Part shown: in pieces, positions 29,315 through 39,543 of the stretch
How positions within the stretch are numbered: the first letter of the stretch is position 1
Layout of the letters: each line of letters begins with the position of its first letter
Assembly (NCBI GenBank): GCA_023229845.1
Contig: JALNYK010000008.1
Span: 13,781-77,780 of the forward strand
Origin: Gallionella sp.
GTDB taxonomy: Bacteria > Pseudomonadota > Gammaproteobacteria > Burkholderiales > Gallionellaceae
DNA: 64,000 nt
Direction: 5' to 3'
The notes under the pieces: generated by a model
Told to the model about the DNA's origin: nothing
What the model saw: the letters and a program-made list of their open reading frames with translations, nothing else
The model's database searches: none
Program-made: the position numbers and the translations under genes

Positions 29315-29391
29315 GTAGGTCGGGTTAGCGCGAAGTGCGTAACCCGACATTGCGGTCGTCGGGTTACGGCCTTCGGCCTAACCCGACCTAC
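29315..29391. repeat. REP doublet, GTAGGTCGGGTTA type
   Basis: GTAGGTCGGGTTAGCGCGAAGTGCGTAACCCGAC ... GTCGGGTTACGGCCTTCGGCCTAACCCGACCTAC. Confidence 0.85.
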
Positions 29392-29401
29392 ATATATTTG
29401 T

Positions 29402-30040
29402 TCAGGCAAACAGCCAAGGCTGCGCCGCGCGATGCTTCGCCTCGAACGCCTTGATGTCGTCCACATGCTGCAAGGTCAGGCCGATGTCGTCCAGCCCGTT
29501 CAGCAGACAATGCTTGCGGTGCGCGTCCACGTCGAACTTGTACGTCGTGCCGTCAGGCAGCGCGATGGTCTGTTGCTCCAGATCGACCTTCAGTTTGTAG
29601 CCGTTATTGGCTTCCACCGCCTTGAACAGCGCATCGACCTTGTCCGCATCCAGCTTGATCGGCAGCAGGCCGTTCTTGAAGCAGTTATTGAAGAAGATGT
29701 CGGCGAAGCTGGGCGCGATGATGACGCGGAAGCCGTAGTCTTCCAGCGCCCACGGAGCATGCTCGCGCGAACTGCCGCAGCCGAAGTTCTCGCGCGCCAG
29801 CAAAACTTGCGCGCCCTGGTAGCGCGGCTGATTCAGCACGAAGTCAGGATTCAGCGGACGCTTGCTGTTATCCATGCCGGGCTCGCCGTGGTCGAGATAG
29901 CGCCATTCGTCGAACGCATTCGGGCCGAAACCGGAGCGCTTGATGGACTTCAGGAATTGTTTAGGGATGATCGCGTCGGTATCGACGTTGGCTCTATCCA
30001 ACGGCACGACCAGCCCATCGAGCAAGGTGAATTTACGCAT
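29402..30040 (-). CDS. leuD: 3-isopropylmalate dehydratase small subunit
   Basis: Start at [31 protein letters not shown], the canonical LeuD N-terminus. Confidence 0.95.
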   Translation of the reverse strand: MRKFTLLDGLVVPLDRANVDTDAIIPKQFLKSIKRSGFGPNAFDEWRYLDHGEPGMDNSKRPLNPDFVLNQPRYQGAQVLLARENFGCGSSREHAPWALEDYGFRVIIAPSFADIFFNNCFKNGLLPIKLDADKVDALFKAVEANNGYKLKVDLEQQTIALPDGTTYKFDVDAHRKHCLLNGLDDIGLTLQHVDDIKAFEAKHRAAQPWLFA

Positions 30041-30162
30041 TACTTGGTAGCCGCCTTTTCCAATTTCTCGCCGCCATGCTGGATGTCCTTGCCCAGACCT
30101 TCCATGGTGTTGCAACCGGCCAGAACCAATACCGCCAACAACAAAGTTATTGCCTTCATCAT
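30040..30162 (-). CDS. Entericidin A/B-family small lipoprotein (not in ORF track, too short)
   Basis: Hand translation gives [40 protein letters not shown]. It has a lipobox LAGC, GGAG upstream and a TAATG junction with leuD. Which of three consecutive ATGs is the start is uncertain. Confidence 0.6.
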   Translation of the reverse strand: MMKAITLLLAVLVLAGCNTMEGLGKDIQHGGEKLEKAATK

Positions 30163-30169
30163 CATCTCC

Positions 30170-31573
30170 TTACAGTTTGCTCACATCGACAAAATGGCCT
30201 GCTATTGCCGCAGCCGCAGCCATCTCCGGACTTACTAGGTGCGTGCGCCCGCCCTGCCCCTGCCGCCCCTCGAAGTTGCGGTTGGAGGTCGCAGCACAGC
30301 GCTCGCCGGGTTCTAGGCGGTCATCATTCATCGCCAGACACATCGAACAGCCCGGATCGCGCCATTCGAAACCCGCTTCGATGAATATCTTGTCCAGACC
30401 TTCCTTCTCCGCCTGCGCCTTCACCAGACCGGAGCCGGGCACGACCATCGCCAACTTGACGTTGACCGCGACCTTCTTGCCCTTGGCCACGGCTGCCGCC
30501 GCGCGCATATCTTCGATGCGCCCGTTGGTGCAGGAACCTATAAATACCTTATCGATCTTGATCTCGGTGATCGGCGTGTTCGCCTGCAGCCCCATGTAAT
30601 GCAACGCGCGCTCCCAGTCACCGCGCTTGACCGCATCGGGTGCGGAAGCCGGATCCGGCACGCGACCATCGACGGACGTGACCATCTCCGGCGACGTGCC
30701 CCAGGTCACTTGCGGGCGGATGCTCGCCGCATCCAGCTCGACCACGGCGTCGAACGCGGCGCCCTCGTCCGAATGCAATGTCTTCCAATAAGTCACGGCC
30801 TTGTCCCAGTTCTCGCCCTGCGGCGCGAACGGACGGCCCTTGATATAGGTGAATGTCGTTTCGTCCGCCGCGATCATGCCGGCGCGCGCGCCCGCCTCGA
30901 TGGCCATGTTGCACAGCGTCATGCGGCCTTCCATCGACAGGCCGCGGATCGCGCTGCCGCCGAATTCGATCGCATAGCCCGTGCCGCCCGCGGTGCCGAT
31001 CTTGCCGACCACCGCCAGCGCGACATCCTTGGCGGTCACGCCCTTGTGCAGCGCGCCTTCGACCTTGACCAGCATGGCCTTCGACTTCTTCGCCACCAGG
31101 CATTGCGTCGCCATCACGTGCTCGACCTCGGAAGTGCCGATACCGTGCGCCAGCGCCGCAAACGCGCCGTGGGTACTGGTGTGCGAGTCGCCGCACACCA
31201 CCGTCATGCCGGGCAGTGTCGCGCCCTGCTCGGGGCCGATCACGTGCACGATGCCTTGGCGGATGTCGTTCATGCCGAACTCGGTGACACCGAACTCGGC
31301 GCAATTCGCGTCCAGCGTCTCGACCTGCAGGCGCGAGATCGGGTCGCTGATGCCGCCGCTGCGGTTGGTCGTCGGCACGTTATGGTCCGGCGTCGCCAGC
31401 ATGGACGCGGTGCGCCACGGCTTGCGGTGCGCCAGCTTCAGGCCTTCGAAGGCCTGCGGACTGGTGACTTCATGCACCAATTGGCGGTCGATGTAGATCA
31501 GCGCGGTGCCGTCGGCATCCTGCTGCACCACGTGTGAATTCCAGAGTTTGTCGTAAAGAGTCTGTGCGCTCAT
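30170..31573 (-). CDS. leuC: 3-isopropylmalate dehydratase large subunit
   Basis: 467 aa. Contains [16 protein letters not shown] and the aconitase-family Cys motifs ([12 protein letters not shown]). Confidence 0.97.
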   Translation of the reverse strand: MSAQTLYDKLWNSHVVQQDADGTALIYIDRQLVHEVTSPQAFEGLKLAHRKPWRTASMLATPDHNVPTTNRSGGISDPISRLQVETLDANCAEFGVTEFGMNDIRQGIVHVIGPEQGATLPGMTVVCGDSHTSTHGAFAALAHGIGTSEVEHVMATQCLVAKKSKAMLVKVEGALHKGVTAKDVALAVVGKIGTAGGTGYAIEFGGSAIRGLSMEGRMTLCNMAIEAGARAGMIAADETTFTYIKGRPFAPQGENWDKAVTYWKTLHSDEGAAFDAVVELDAASIRPQVTWGTSPEMVTSVDGRVPDPASAPDAVKRGDWERALHYMGLQANTPITEIKIDKVFIGSCTNGRIEDMRAAAAVAKGKKVAVNVKLAMVVPGSGLVKAQAEKEGLDKIFIEAGFEWRDPGCSMCLAMNDDRLEPGERCAATSNRNFEGRQGQGGRTHLVSPEMAAAAAIAGHFVDVSKL

Positions 31574-31739
31574 GTTGTATCGCTTGCCCGATTCCCGATT
31601 TCAAGAGCGCGCGATTATGCCATATATGGCGCGGCTTCGCAGCCTGCGGGAGAGTCCACCGGGGGGAAGCGCCCCTCACAGACGGGAAAAAGTTGTACGA
31701 TAGTTCCGCCACACCCCCCGCTCCCGACAGGCCCTCGAC

Positions 31740-32585
31740 ATGCTCTGGGAAACCCTCAAGACCTCCGTCATCCTCGCCGCCACCTTCTATGGCGTGATGC
31801 TGCTCATGCTGTTCCTGCGGCAGGACGGCCTCGTCTATTACCCCAACCTGCCGAGCCGCGCATACGAGGCCACGCCCAAGGATTACCAGCTTCCATACGA
31901 GAACGTCACGCTGACCACCTCGGACGGCGTCCGCCTCGCCGCATGGTTCGTCCCCGCCGAGCATCCGCGCGGCACGCTGCTCTATGCACACGGCAACGCC
32001 GGCAACATCTCGCACCGGCTGGACTCGATCAGGCTGTTCCACGACCTGGGGCTGTCGGTGTTCATCTTCGACTACCGAGGCTACGGCCGGAGCACCGGCG
32101 AACCGGACGAGGAAGGTACCTATCACGACGCCGAGGTCGCCTGGCAGCACCTCACCGCGCAACGCGGCATCAAGCCGGAACATATCGTCGTGTTCGGCGA
32201 ATCGCTGGGCGCGTCGGTCGCGGCACACCTCGCGGCGCAGCATAGGCCGGGCGCGCTGATCCTCGCCTCCGCCTTCACCTCCGTGCCCGACCTGGCCTCC
32301 GACTTCTACCCGCTGCTCCCGGTGCGCTGGATCACCCGCTACAGCTACGACACCCGACGCTATCTGCAGGATGTGCATGCCCCGGTGCTGGTCGCGCATA
32401 GCCGCGAGGACGAGATCATTCCCTTCCTGCATGGACAGTCGCTCTACGCTGCTGCGCACGAACCGAAACAATTTCTGGAATTGCGCGGCGGACACAACGA
32501 CCTGTTCTTCATGAACACGAAACCCTTCGCTCGTGCAACGGGAAGCTTCATCGAACAACACCTGCCCCGCCCCGATCAGCAGTAA
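31740..32585 (+). CDS. Alpha/beta-fold hydrolase with N-terminal membrane anchor
   Basis: 281 aa. Nucleophile elbow GESLG, HGNAGN, and Asp/His towards the C-terminus (SREDEIIP, GGHND). Confidence 0.8.
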   Translation: MLWETLKTSVILAATFYGVMLLMLFLRQDGLVYYPNLPSRAYEATPKDYQLPYENVTLTTSDGVRLAAWFVPAEHPRGTLLYAHGNAGNISHRLDSIRLFHDLGLSVFIFDYRGYGRSTGEPDEEGTYHDAEVAWQHLTAQRGIKPEHIVVFGESLGASVAAHLAAQHRPGALILASAFTSVPDLASDFYPLLPVRWITRYSYDTRRYLQDVHAPVLVAHSREDEIIPFLHGQSLYAAAHEPKQFLELRGGHNDLFFMNTKPFARATGSFIEQHLPRPDQQ

Positions 32586-32643
32586 CCGCGAGGGGCAATA
32601 TCCGCTAAAATGCGCGCCTAGTCCGATTCAAGGAGCAGCCACG

Positions 32644-32874
32644 ATGCCACCCTCTTTTGCTACCGTTGAACAACAAGCCACTGCATTGCTTCCCGACGAG
32701 CGCGCCCGGCTTGCAGAGATTTTGCTTGAATCTTTGCACAACGAGCCGGTGCTTGAGATTGAAGCGGCATGGCAGCATGAGATCGCACAACGCGTTGCAC
32801 GCTACGAGCGTGGCGAGGTGGAGAGCTTCCCCGCAGAACAGGTTTTTGCCGAAGCCAAGCGCATTACCCGGTGA
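32644..32874 (+). CDS. Type II antitoxin (putative addiction-module component, ParD/Phd-like partner of ParE)
   Basis: 76 aa starting at MPPSFATVEQQATALLPDERARLAEILLESL. GTGA overlap with the downstream toxin. Confidence 0.7.
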   Translation: MPPSFATVEQQATALLPDERARLAEILLESLHNEPVLEIEAAWQHEIAQRVARYERGEVESFPAEQVFAEAKRITR

Positions 32875-33176
32875 AACACGCTCGCTTTGTCGCCGAAGCC
32901 AGACTCGAATTCCTGTCCGAGGTCAGTTATTACAATCGGGCACAAGAAGGTTTAGGGGCGCGATTTGCCGCATCAATCGAAGAAGCCGCCGCTCGTGCGC
33001 TGGTTTATCCGTTGGCCGGCACGCTCTCGGTAGAGACAGATACTCGCCGCGTGATGGTCAAAGGATTTCCTTTCGCACTTCATTACCGCCCTGAACAAGA
33101 AGGCATTGTGATATTCGCGGTTGCCAACCATCTCCGCCAACCGAACTACTGGCAGAATCGCACTAAAGAATATTGA
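32871..33176 (+). CDS. RelE/ParE-family type II toxin
   Basis: 101 aa, GTG start. The FPFALHYRPEQEGIVIFAVANHLRQPNYW pattern is typical of the ParE/RelE fold. Confidence 0.78.
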   Translation: MKHARFVAEARLEFLSEVSYYNRAQEGLGARFAASIEEAAARALVYPLAGTLSVETDTRRVMVKGFPFALHYRPEQEGIVIFAVANHLRQPNYWQNRTKEY

Positions 33177-33215
33177 ATTGCAGCATTCCAAACAACAAAC
33201 AAATCATTCGACCGC

Positions 33216-34055
33216 ATGAACCTGATCCTCCAAGCCCTGCACGACATCCCTTCCAGCCATATCGAGCATATCGCCCAACTCTCCGGCGCTACGCGCATCG
33301 AGCAGATCGGCACGTATGCCTGCCGCTTGCGCGAGGCAAAGCCGCACGACGCCATCGCCGACTATTGTTTCGAGCACCGCATCGACTACGGCTTCGTGCC
33401 GCAGGGCAAGCACCTTTCCGGCTTCGGGCTGGTGGTGATGGACATGGATTCGACGCTGATCTCCATCGAGTGTATCGACGAGATCGCCGACATGCAGGGG
33501 CTGAAGCCGCAGGTCGCGGCGATCACCGAAGAGGCAATGCGCGGCGAGATAGACTTCGCCGAGAGCCTGCGCCGCCGCGTCGCGCTGCTAGAAGGACTGG
33601 ACGAAGGCGCATTGCAGCGCGTATACGACGAACGCCTGCAACTGAATCCGGGCGCGGAGATCATGCTCGCGGCACTGAAGAAACACGGTATCAAGACGCT
33701 GCTGGTGTCCGGCGGCTTCGTGTTCTTCACCGAGCGCTTGAAACAACGCCTCGGCCTCGACCACGCCCATGCGAACACGCTGGAGATCGTCGACGGCAAG
33801 CTCACCGGCAAGGTGCTGGGCGGCATCCTCGACGCACAGGTCAAGGCCGACTGGCTGGTGAGAACGCGCGACAAACTGGGACTGAAGCCCGAGCAGGTGA
33901 TCGCGATGGGCGACGGCGCGAACGACCTGAAGATGATGGCGCAAGCCGGCATCAGCATCGCCTATCATGCGAAACCGGTGGTGCGCGCACAGGCGAGCTA
34001 CGCACTGAACTTCGTCGGGCTGGACGGACTGGTGAATCTTCTGGATCACAGCTAA
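33216..34055 (+). CDS. serB: Phosphoserine phosphatase
   Basis: 279 aa. HAD motif I VVMDMDSTLI, plus SGGF and GDGANDL. Confidence 0.9.
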   Translation: MNLILQALHDIPSSHIEHIAQLSGATRIEQIGTYACRLREAKPHDAIADYCFEHRIDYGFVPQGKHLSGFGLVVMDMDSTLISIECIDEIADMQGLKPQVAAITEEAMRGEIDFAESLRRRVALLEGLDEGALQRVYDERLQLNPGAEIMLAALKKHGIKTLLVSGGFVFFTERLKQRLGLDHAHANTLEIVDGKLTGKVLGGILDAQVKADWLVRTRDKLGLKPEQVIAMGDGANDLKMMAQAGISIAYHAKPVVRAQASYALNFVGLDGLVNLLDHS

Positions 34056-34106
34056 AGGCAACATCGATTTAGTCGTCGTTCCCTATGAAGCCTTGAACTC
34101 GCCCCC

Positions 34107-34195
34107 GTAGGAGCGGCGGTTTTCGTGGGAGCGGCTTCAGCCGCGAAGGTCTCATCGAGCTGGAACGTGCCTATCGCGACTAAAGTCGCTCCTAC
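34107..34195. repeat. REP doublet/triplet, GTAGGAGCG..CGCTCCTAC type
   Basis: GTAGGAGCGGCGGTTTTCGTGGGAGCGGCTTCAGCCGCGAAG ... GCGACTAAAGTCGCTCCTAC. Confidence 0.8.
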
Positions 34196-34387
34196 AGGGC
34201 GTTTCATCATTCGGGGCAGCATCAACCACCATGATCGTTAACTCGCAACATTGCGGCTAAAGCCTGTTCTAGATTCATCGAAGGGCCGCTCCTGCAAAAA
34301 GCCCATCACCCCCACCCCACAAAAATACGCTAGGCTGTCGCACGACGCCCATCCTTCCCGGCAATAGAGGCGTATCTGGGAGAGCCC

Positions 34388-35008
34388 ATGAACAACCGAG
34401 TACGCCAGATCGTCGAGCAGATCGCCGCGCTGGAAGAGGAACTGGACGCCGCGATCGAGGAACACGAGCAGCGCCTGCGCTACCAGATCGAAGGCAAGCG
34501 CGTCGTGTTCGAGCAAGCCGTCCGCGACGCGCATCGGCGGGTCAAGCTGGGCATCTTCCACTGGTTCCTCACCGTGCGCCCCCAGAACTACCTCACCATG
34601 CCCATCATCTACGGCGCGGCCGTTCCGCTGGCGCTGTTCGACCTGTGCATCAGCCTGTACCAGACCATCTGCTTCCCCGTCTACCGCATCGCCAGGGTGC
34701 GGCGCGCCGACTACATCGTCTATGACCACCAGCACCTGGCCTACCTGAACGTCATCGAGAAGGCGCATTGCCTGTACTGCTCCTACGCGGTCGGACTGCT
34801 GGCCTATGCGGGCGAGATCATCGCGCGCACCGAGCAGTATTTCTGCCCGATCAAACATGCGCGCAAGATGCGCGCCGCGCATGCCCGCTACGAACGCTTC
34901 CTCGAATACGGCGAAGCGGACGACTTCCACGGCAAGCTGGAATCGTTCCGCGCCGAACTCGCCAGGGAAAAGACAGATAACAAAAGCGGCGGTCGGACTG
35001 GAGACTAA
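34388..35008 (+). CDS. Hypothetical membrane protein (N-terminal coiled coil, 2 TM, Cys/His cluster)
   Basis: 206 aa. Contains CLYCSYAVG...YFCPIKHA. No family recognised. Confidence 0.55.
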   Translation: MNNRVRQIVEQIAALEEELDAAIEEHEQRLRYQIEGKRVVFEQAVRDAHRRVKLGIFHWFLTVRPQNYLTMPIIYGAAVPLALFDLCISLYQTICFPVYRIARVRRADYIVYDHQHLAYLNVIEKAHCLYCSYAVGLLAYAGEIIARTEQYFCPIKHARKMRAAHARYERFLEYGEADDFHGKLESFRAELAREKTDNKSGGRTGD

Positions 35009-35796
35009 ATCGTAACCAGATCGTCCGGGATGTCGATGTCGGCAAATATCCCGTCGTCGCTGGTCTCGATATGCACGACACGAGAATTGTCGCGCTCCAG
35101 CCAGTGCCGTGCGCCGGCATCTCCCTGTAACGCCAGCAACTCTTCGCGATAATGGGCGGCGAACCCGACCGGATGGCCGCGCCTGCCTTCGCATGCCGGC
35201 GCTGCCAGGCCCGCTCCGCCCAACAGTGCATTACGCACGCTGGCTATGGCCGCCAAGGGCACGGCAGGCATATCGGCCAGCCCGATCAGCCAGCCTTCAG
35301 CGTCACGGTTCGCATGCACACCACATGCGAGGCTGTCCGCCATGCCGTCTGCGGCATCCTTGCAGACAACCCAGCGTATAGGCGCCGACTTGGCCGCACC
35401 CAGCGCTGTTTCGATCTCGTGGCAGAACGCTCCTGTGCCCGGCCTGACGACGACCGTGACCCGCCTGAATATCTCCAGCCACGGCTGCAGGCTGTGCGCG
35501 GCGAGCGGCAGCGTCACGCCATGCCTTGTGACCGGATGCCGCAACTTGTCCGAACCGAAGCGGCGCGAGGCCCCCGCAGCCAGCACGACCGCGGCGATTT
35601 CGTAACGAGCCCCTCTCCCGCTTGCGGGAGAGGGGGTGGAGAGAGGGATGTCAGCTATAAGGAGATCCAAGTTTCTACCCTCTCCCCAACCCTCCCCCTG
35701 GTGCGTGGTTGTTGCCGCTTCAGCGGCTTTACAACCACGGCCTCCTCCTTGCGGGGACAAGGGGGAGGGAGCAGAAAGCACGCTGACGTCAGACAA
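35005..35796 (-). CDS. MobA/MocA-like molybdenum-cofactor nucleotidyltransferase; N-terminus uncertain
   Basis: The conserved domain begins at AAVVLAAGASRRFGSDKL (about 35590). The only in-frame start upstream is TTG 35796, which overlaps the iorB stop. The intervening roughly 65 codons are repeat-derived (GEGWGEG, SPASGRG). Confidence 0.7.
   Translation of the reverse strand: MSDVSVLSAPSPLSPQGGGRGCKAAEAATTTHQGEGWGEGRNLDLLIADIPLSTPSPASGRGARYEIAAVVLAAGASRRFGSDKLRHPVTRHGVTLPLAAHSLQPWLEIFRRVTVVVRPGTGAFCHEIETALGAAKSAPIRWVVCKDAADGMADSLACGVHANRDAEGWLIGLADMPAVPLAAIASVRNALLGGAGLAAPACEGRRGHPVGFAAHYREELLALQGDAGARHWLERDNSRVVHIETSDDGIFADIDIPDDLVTI
35610..35770. repeat. Composite palindromic repeats of the CTCTCCCGCTTGCGGGAGAG / CCCTCTCCCCAACCCTCCCCC family
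   Basis: The first unit, 35610-35647, reads CCCCTCTCCCGCTTGCGGGAGAGGGGGTGGAGAGAGGG. The second, 35677-35770, is a nested palindrome: ACCCTCTCCCCAACCCTCCCCC...GTGGTTGTTGCCGCTTCAGCGGCTTTACAACCAC...GGGGACAAGGGGGAGGG. Confidence 0.8.
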
Positions 35797-37987
35797 GACT
35801 AGCCTGATCGAACGGCATGCGGCGCAGGCGCTTGCCGGTCAGCGCGAACACCGCGTTGGCGACCGCAGGCGCGATCGGCGGCGTGCCCGGTTCGCCTATG
35901 CCGCTGGGCGGCTCGCTGCTTTCCACGATATGCACCTCGACCTCGGGCATCTCGGAAAAGCGCAGCGGGGTGTATTTGTCGAAATTGGATTGCATCACGC
36001 GGCCGTTCTCCAGCGTGATCGCGCCGTGCAGCGCGGCGGAGAGACCGTAGACCATGCCGCCTTCGACCTGCTGGCGCACGCCATCCGGATTGACCACCAT
36101 GCCGCAATCCACCGCCGCCACCACGCGATGCACATGTATCTTGCCGTTCTGCAGCGACACCTCGGCGATCTGCGCGACATAGCTGTCGAACGACTTGTGC
36201 ACCGCCGCACCGTAAGCATGCCCCTTGGGCAATTTCTTCTTGCCCCAGCCGGCTTTCTGCGCGGCCAGTTGCAGCGCGCCGCGATAGCGGGAATCGGCAG
36301 GCAGGATGGAGAGCCGGTAAGCCACCGGATCTTTGCCGGCGAGATGCGCCAGTTCGTCCACCATAGTCTCGACGACGAACGCGGTATGCGAGTGCCCCAC
36401 CGAGCGCCACCACTGCACCGGCACCTGATTCTTCGGGCTGTGCAAATCGACCTGCAGGTTGGGGATCAGATAGGGCAGCGTAGCAGCGCCTTCCACCGAG
36501 GTGACATCGACGCCGTCCTTGATCATCATGGCCGAAAAAGGCGAGCCCTCCATGATGGACTGGCCGACGAGGGTGTGTTTCCACGCCACCGGTTTGCCGT
36601 CCTTCGCGATGCCCGCCTCGATATGGTCCGCCCACATCGGCCGGTAGTAGCCGCCGCGCATGTCGTCCTCGCGCGTCCACACTACCTTGACCGGTTTCGC
36701 CGTCTCATTCGTCGCCCTCATTGCCTTGGCCACCTGCGCCGCCTCGACGACGAAATCGGATTGCGGGTTGGCGCGCCGGCCAAAGCCGCCGCCGAGGAAA
36801 GTAGTGTGTATCTCCACCTGCTCCGGCTTGAGCCCGACGACCCTTGCCGCCATGTCGCGATCCACGGTCTGAAACTGGGTGCCGGTCCATATCTCGCAGT
36901 GGTCCGGCTTGAGGTCCACCACCACGTTGAGCGGCTCCATCGCGGCGTGCGCCAGATAAGGCACCTCGTATTCGGCGCTGACCGTCTTGTGCGCGTCCTT
37001 GATGCCCTGCGCCGCGTCGCCCTCCTTGCGCGCCACCGCGCCCGGCGTCTTCGCCAGCGCGAGATATTCCGCGCGCATCTTAGTCGTGGAGAGCGCCGCG
37101 CCCGGCCCCTCGTCCCATTCGATCTCCAGCAGGTCGCGCGCGATCTTCGCGGGCCAGAAGCCGTTCGCGGCCACCGCCACGCCGGTGGGCACCTGGTAAG
37201 CGCCCTGCACGCCGGCCACCTTCAGCGCCTCGGTCGCGTCGTAGCGCTTCACCTGACCACCGAACACCGGGCTGCGCGCGATCAGCACCGTCAGCATGCC
37301 GGGCAGGTGGACGTCGAGGCCGAACTGCGCCGTGCCGTTTATTTTCTCCGGCGTATCGAGACGTTTTGTCGACTTGCCGATCAGCTTGAAATCCTTGGGC
37401 TGCTTGAGTTCGACGTTGACCGGCAGCGGCAGCTTGGCCGCCGCATCGGCCAGCGCGCCGTAGCCCGACCGCCTGCCGCTAGGGACATGGATCACCTGGC
37501 CCGCCTCCGCGCGGCATTCGCTTTGCGGCACGCCCCATTGCAGCGCCGCGGCGCGGACCAGCATCATCCGCGCGCTGGCGCCCACGCGCCGCATCTGCTC
37601 CCACGACGAGGCAACACTGGTGCTGCCGCCGGTCATCTGGATGCCGAACGCGGTGTGGTTGTACACCGCCGCCACCGGAGCGGACTCGACACGGATACGG
37701 CTCCAGTCCGCCTCCAGCTCCTCCGCCACCAGCATCGGCAGCGAGGTGTAGACGCCCTGCCCCATCTCGGACTTGTTGACGAGGATGGTGATGCTGTCGT
37801 CCGGCGCGATGCGGATGAATGCGTTGGGCGGATACACCTGCTTGGCCAGCGCGGGCGATGCCTCCGCCGCGAAGGCGCGGTTGCCCTTCATCGGCAGATA
37901 GAAGCCGATCACCAGCCCGCCCATCAATGCGGCGGAGCCCTTGATGAATTCGCGGCGCGATGGATCTTGCACAATCATGTCGTTCAT
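35789..37987 (-). CDS. Molybdopterin-binding oxidoreductase large subunit (aldehyde oxidase/xanthine dehydrogenase family, IorB-like) with Tat signal
   Basis: Start at [28 protein letters not shown] (twin-Arg motif), with ATGA overlap with the 2Fe-2S subunit. 732 aa. Confidence 0.9.
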   Translation of the reverse strand: MNDMIVQDPSRREFIKGSAALMGGLVIGFYLPMKGNRAFAAEASPALAKQVYPPNAFIRIAPDDSITILVNKSEMGQGVYTSLPMLVAEELEADWSRIRVESAPVAAVYNHTAFGIQMTGGSTSVASSWEQMRRVGASARMMLVRAAALQWGVPQSECRAEAGQVIHVPSGRRSGYGALADAAAKLPLPVNVELKQPKDFKLIGKSTKRLDTPEKINGTAQFGLDVHLPGMLTVLIARSPVFGGQVKRYDATEALKVAGVQGAYQVPTGVAVAANGFWPAKIARDLLEIEWDEGPGAALSTTKMRAEYLALAKTPGAVARKEGDAAQGIKDAHKTVSAEYEVPYLAHAAMEPLNVVVDLKPDHCEIWTGTQFQTVDRDMAARVVGLKPEQVEIHTTFLGGGFGRRANPQSDFVVEAAQVAKAMRATNETAKPVKVVWTREDDMRGGYYRPMWADHIEAGIAKDGKPVAWKHTLVGQSIMEGSPFSAMMIKDGVDVTSVEGAATLPYLIPNLQVDLHSPKNQVPVQWWRSVGHSHTAFVVETMVDELAHLAGKDPVAYRLSILPADSRYRGALQLAAQKAGWGKKKLPKGHAYGAAVHKSFDSYVAQIAEVSLQNGKIHVHRVVAAVDCGMVVNPDGVRQQVEGGMVYGLSAALHGAITLENGRVMQSNFDKYTPLRFSEMPEVEVHIVESSEPPSGIGEPGTPPIAPAVANAVFALTGKRLRRMPFDQASLV

Positions 37988-38457
37988 TTCGCGCCTCCCT
38001 GCATCTCCGCCGCGCGCTGTATCGCCGAGCGGATGCGGTTGTAAGTGCCGCAGCGGCAAAGGTTGCCGTCCATCGCGGCGGAAATCTGCGCCTCGCCGGG
38101 ATGCGGATGCTCCTTCAGCAACGCGGCGGCCGACATGATCTGGCCGGACTGGCAATAGCCGCACTGCGGCACATCCTCTTCCTGCCAGGCATCCTGCACC
38201 GTCTTGCCCAGCGCAGTCTCGGCCAGCCCCTCGATGGTGGTGACCTGCTTGCCGCTCGCCGCCGAAACCGGTGTCGAACAGGAACGCACCGCCTTGCCGT
38301 CCAGGTGCACGGTGCAGGCCCCGCACTGCGCGATGCCGCAGCCGAACTTCGTGCCGGTCAGTTGCAGATGGTCGCGTATCACCCAAAGCAAGGGCGTACT
38401 GGGATCGGCATCGACTCTGGCATCCTTGCCGTTGATCTTGAAAGAAATCATGAGCAC
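37984..38457 (-). CDS. (2Fe-2S)-binding small subunit of the molybdoenzyme (IorA-like)
   Basis: 157 aa. Contains [11 protein letters not shown] and [10 protein letters not shown]...CRCGTY cluster motifs. Confidence 0.92.
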   Translation of the reverse strand: MLMISFKINGKDARVDADPSTPLLWVIRDHLQLTGTKFGCGIAQCGACTVHLDGKAVRSCSTPVSAASGKQVTTIEGLAETALGKTVQDAWQEEDVPQCGYCQSGQIMSAAALLKEHPHPGEAQISAAMDGNLCRCGTYNRIRSAIQRAAEMQGGAK

Positions 38458-38477
38458 CTCCTAAAAAACCGCAATTG

Positions 38478-38607
38478 GTCCACGAAAAACACGAAAGGCA
38501 CGAAATAAATCCATTGATTACCCGAATGCCGCGATTCAACCAGCGGGGGTCGTACACCCGGAAAGTGTTTTTGAATTCGTTCGTGTCTTTTCGTGATTTT
38601 CGTGGAC
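38478..38607. repeat. MITE-like CACGAAA-heptamer element (copy 2)
   Basis: The left arm is GTCCACGAAAAACACGAAAGGCACGAAAT. The right arm is ATTCGTTCGTGTCTTTTCGTGATTTTCGTGGAC. The element is 130 bp and overlaps the last roughly 24 codons of xdhC. Confidence 0.8.
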
Positions 38608-39543
38608 AGCCGAGTTGTTACGAACTGCAATCAAATGCGCGAGGATGGACACCGCGATCTCCGGCGGCGTGCGGCTGCCTATGCTCAGGCCCACCGGCCC
38701 GTGCAGCCGGGCGATCTCCTCCGGCGTGAGGTCGAACAGCGCCAGCCGCTCGCGGCGCTTCGCGTTGTTGACCTTGGAGCCCAGCGCGCCGACATAGAAC
38801 GCGGGCGTTTTCAGCGCCTCCAGCAGCGCCATGTCGTCCAGCTTGGGATCGTGCGAGAGCGCGACGATGGCGGTGCAACTGTCGACCTGCAGCGCCAGCA
38901 CCGCGTCGTCCGGCATCTCGCGGATGAACTCGGTGTTCGGCACATCCCAGGTCCGGCGCATCTCCTCGCCCGGCTCGCAGACGATGACCTGATAGTCCAG
39001 CGCCTGCGCCATGCGCGCGAGGTAGGCGGATGTCTGGCCCGCGCCGATAATCAGCAGCCGCCAGCGCGGGCCGTGCACCGTGGTCAGCGTCGCGCCGTCG
39101 AAGGCGAGGCTGTCGGCGCGAGTCGCGTCGTCCAGTTCCACATGCAAGGTATCCAGATGCAGCGTGCGCCTGACCATCTGGCCGGTCTGGATCAGTTGCA
39201 GCACCCGCCCCACCCAGCCCGCGTCGCGCACCGGCTCAACCACCAGCCGCATCGCGCCGCCGCAAGGCAAGCCGAAGCGCCGCGCCTCCTCGCGCGTCAG
39301 ACCGTAAGTCAGCTGCTCGTAACGGTCCAGCGGCAACTTTCCGTCCCGCGCCAGCCGCACCAGATCGTCCTCGATGCAGCCGCCCGACACCGAGCCCACC
39401 ACCAGCCCGTCAGCGCGCAACGCAAGCATCGCGCCCGGCGGACGCGGACTGGAACCGAAAGTCTCCACCACCGTCACCAGCCATTGCGTATCACCCTGCC
39501 ACTCGCGCAGGGTCTTGAGTACCGAAAGATCGACGCTATCCAT
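38536..39543 (-). CDS. XdhC-family molybdoenzyme maturation factor
   Basis: Start at MDSVDLSVLKTLREW. Contains SSPRPPGAMLALRADG..GSVSGGCIE and the Rossmann-like LLIIGAGQ. The C-terminal tail VHENHEKTRTNSKTLSGCTTPAG is read from the MITE-like repeat. Confidence 0.85.
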   Translation of the reverse strand: MDSVDLSVLKTLREWQGDTQWLVTVVETFGSSPRPPGAMLALRADGLVVGSVSGGCIEDDLVRLARDGKLPLDRYEQLTYGLTREEARRFGLPCGGAMRLVVEPVRDAGWVGRVLQLIQTGQMVRRTLHLDTLHVELDDATRADSLAFDGATLTTVHGPRWRLLIIGAGQTSAYLARMAQALDYQVIVCEPGEEMRRTWDVPNTEFIREMPDDAVLALQVDSCTAIVALSHDPKLDDMALLEALKTPAFYVGALGSKVNNAKRRERLALFDLTPEEIARLHGPVGLSIGSRTPPEIAVSILAHLIAVRNNSAVHENHEKTRTNSKTLSGCTTPAG

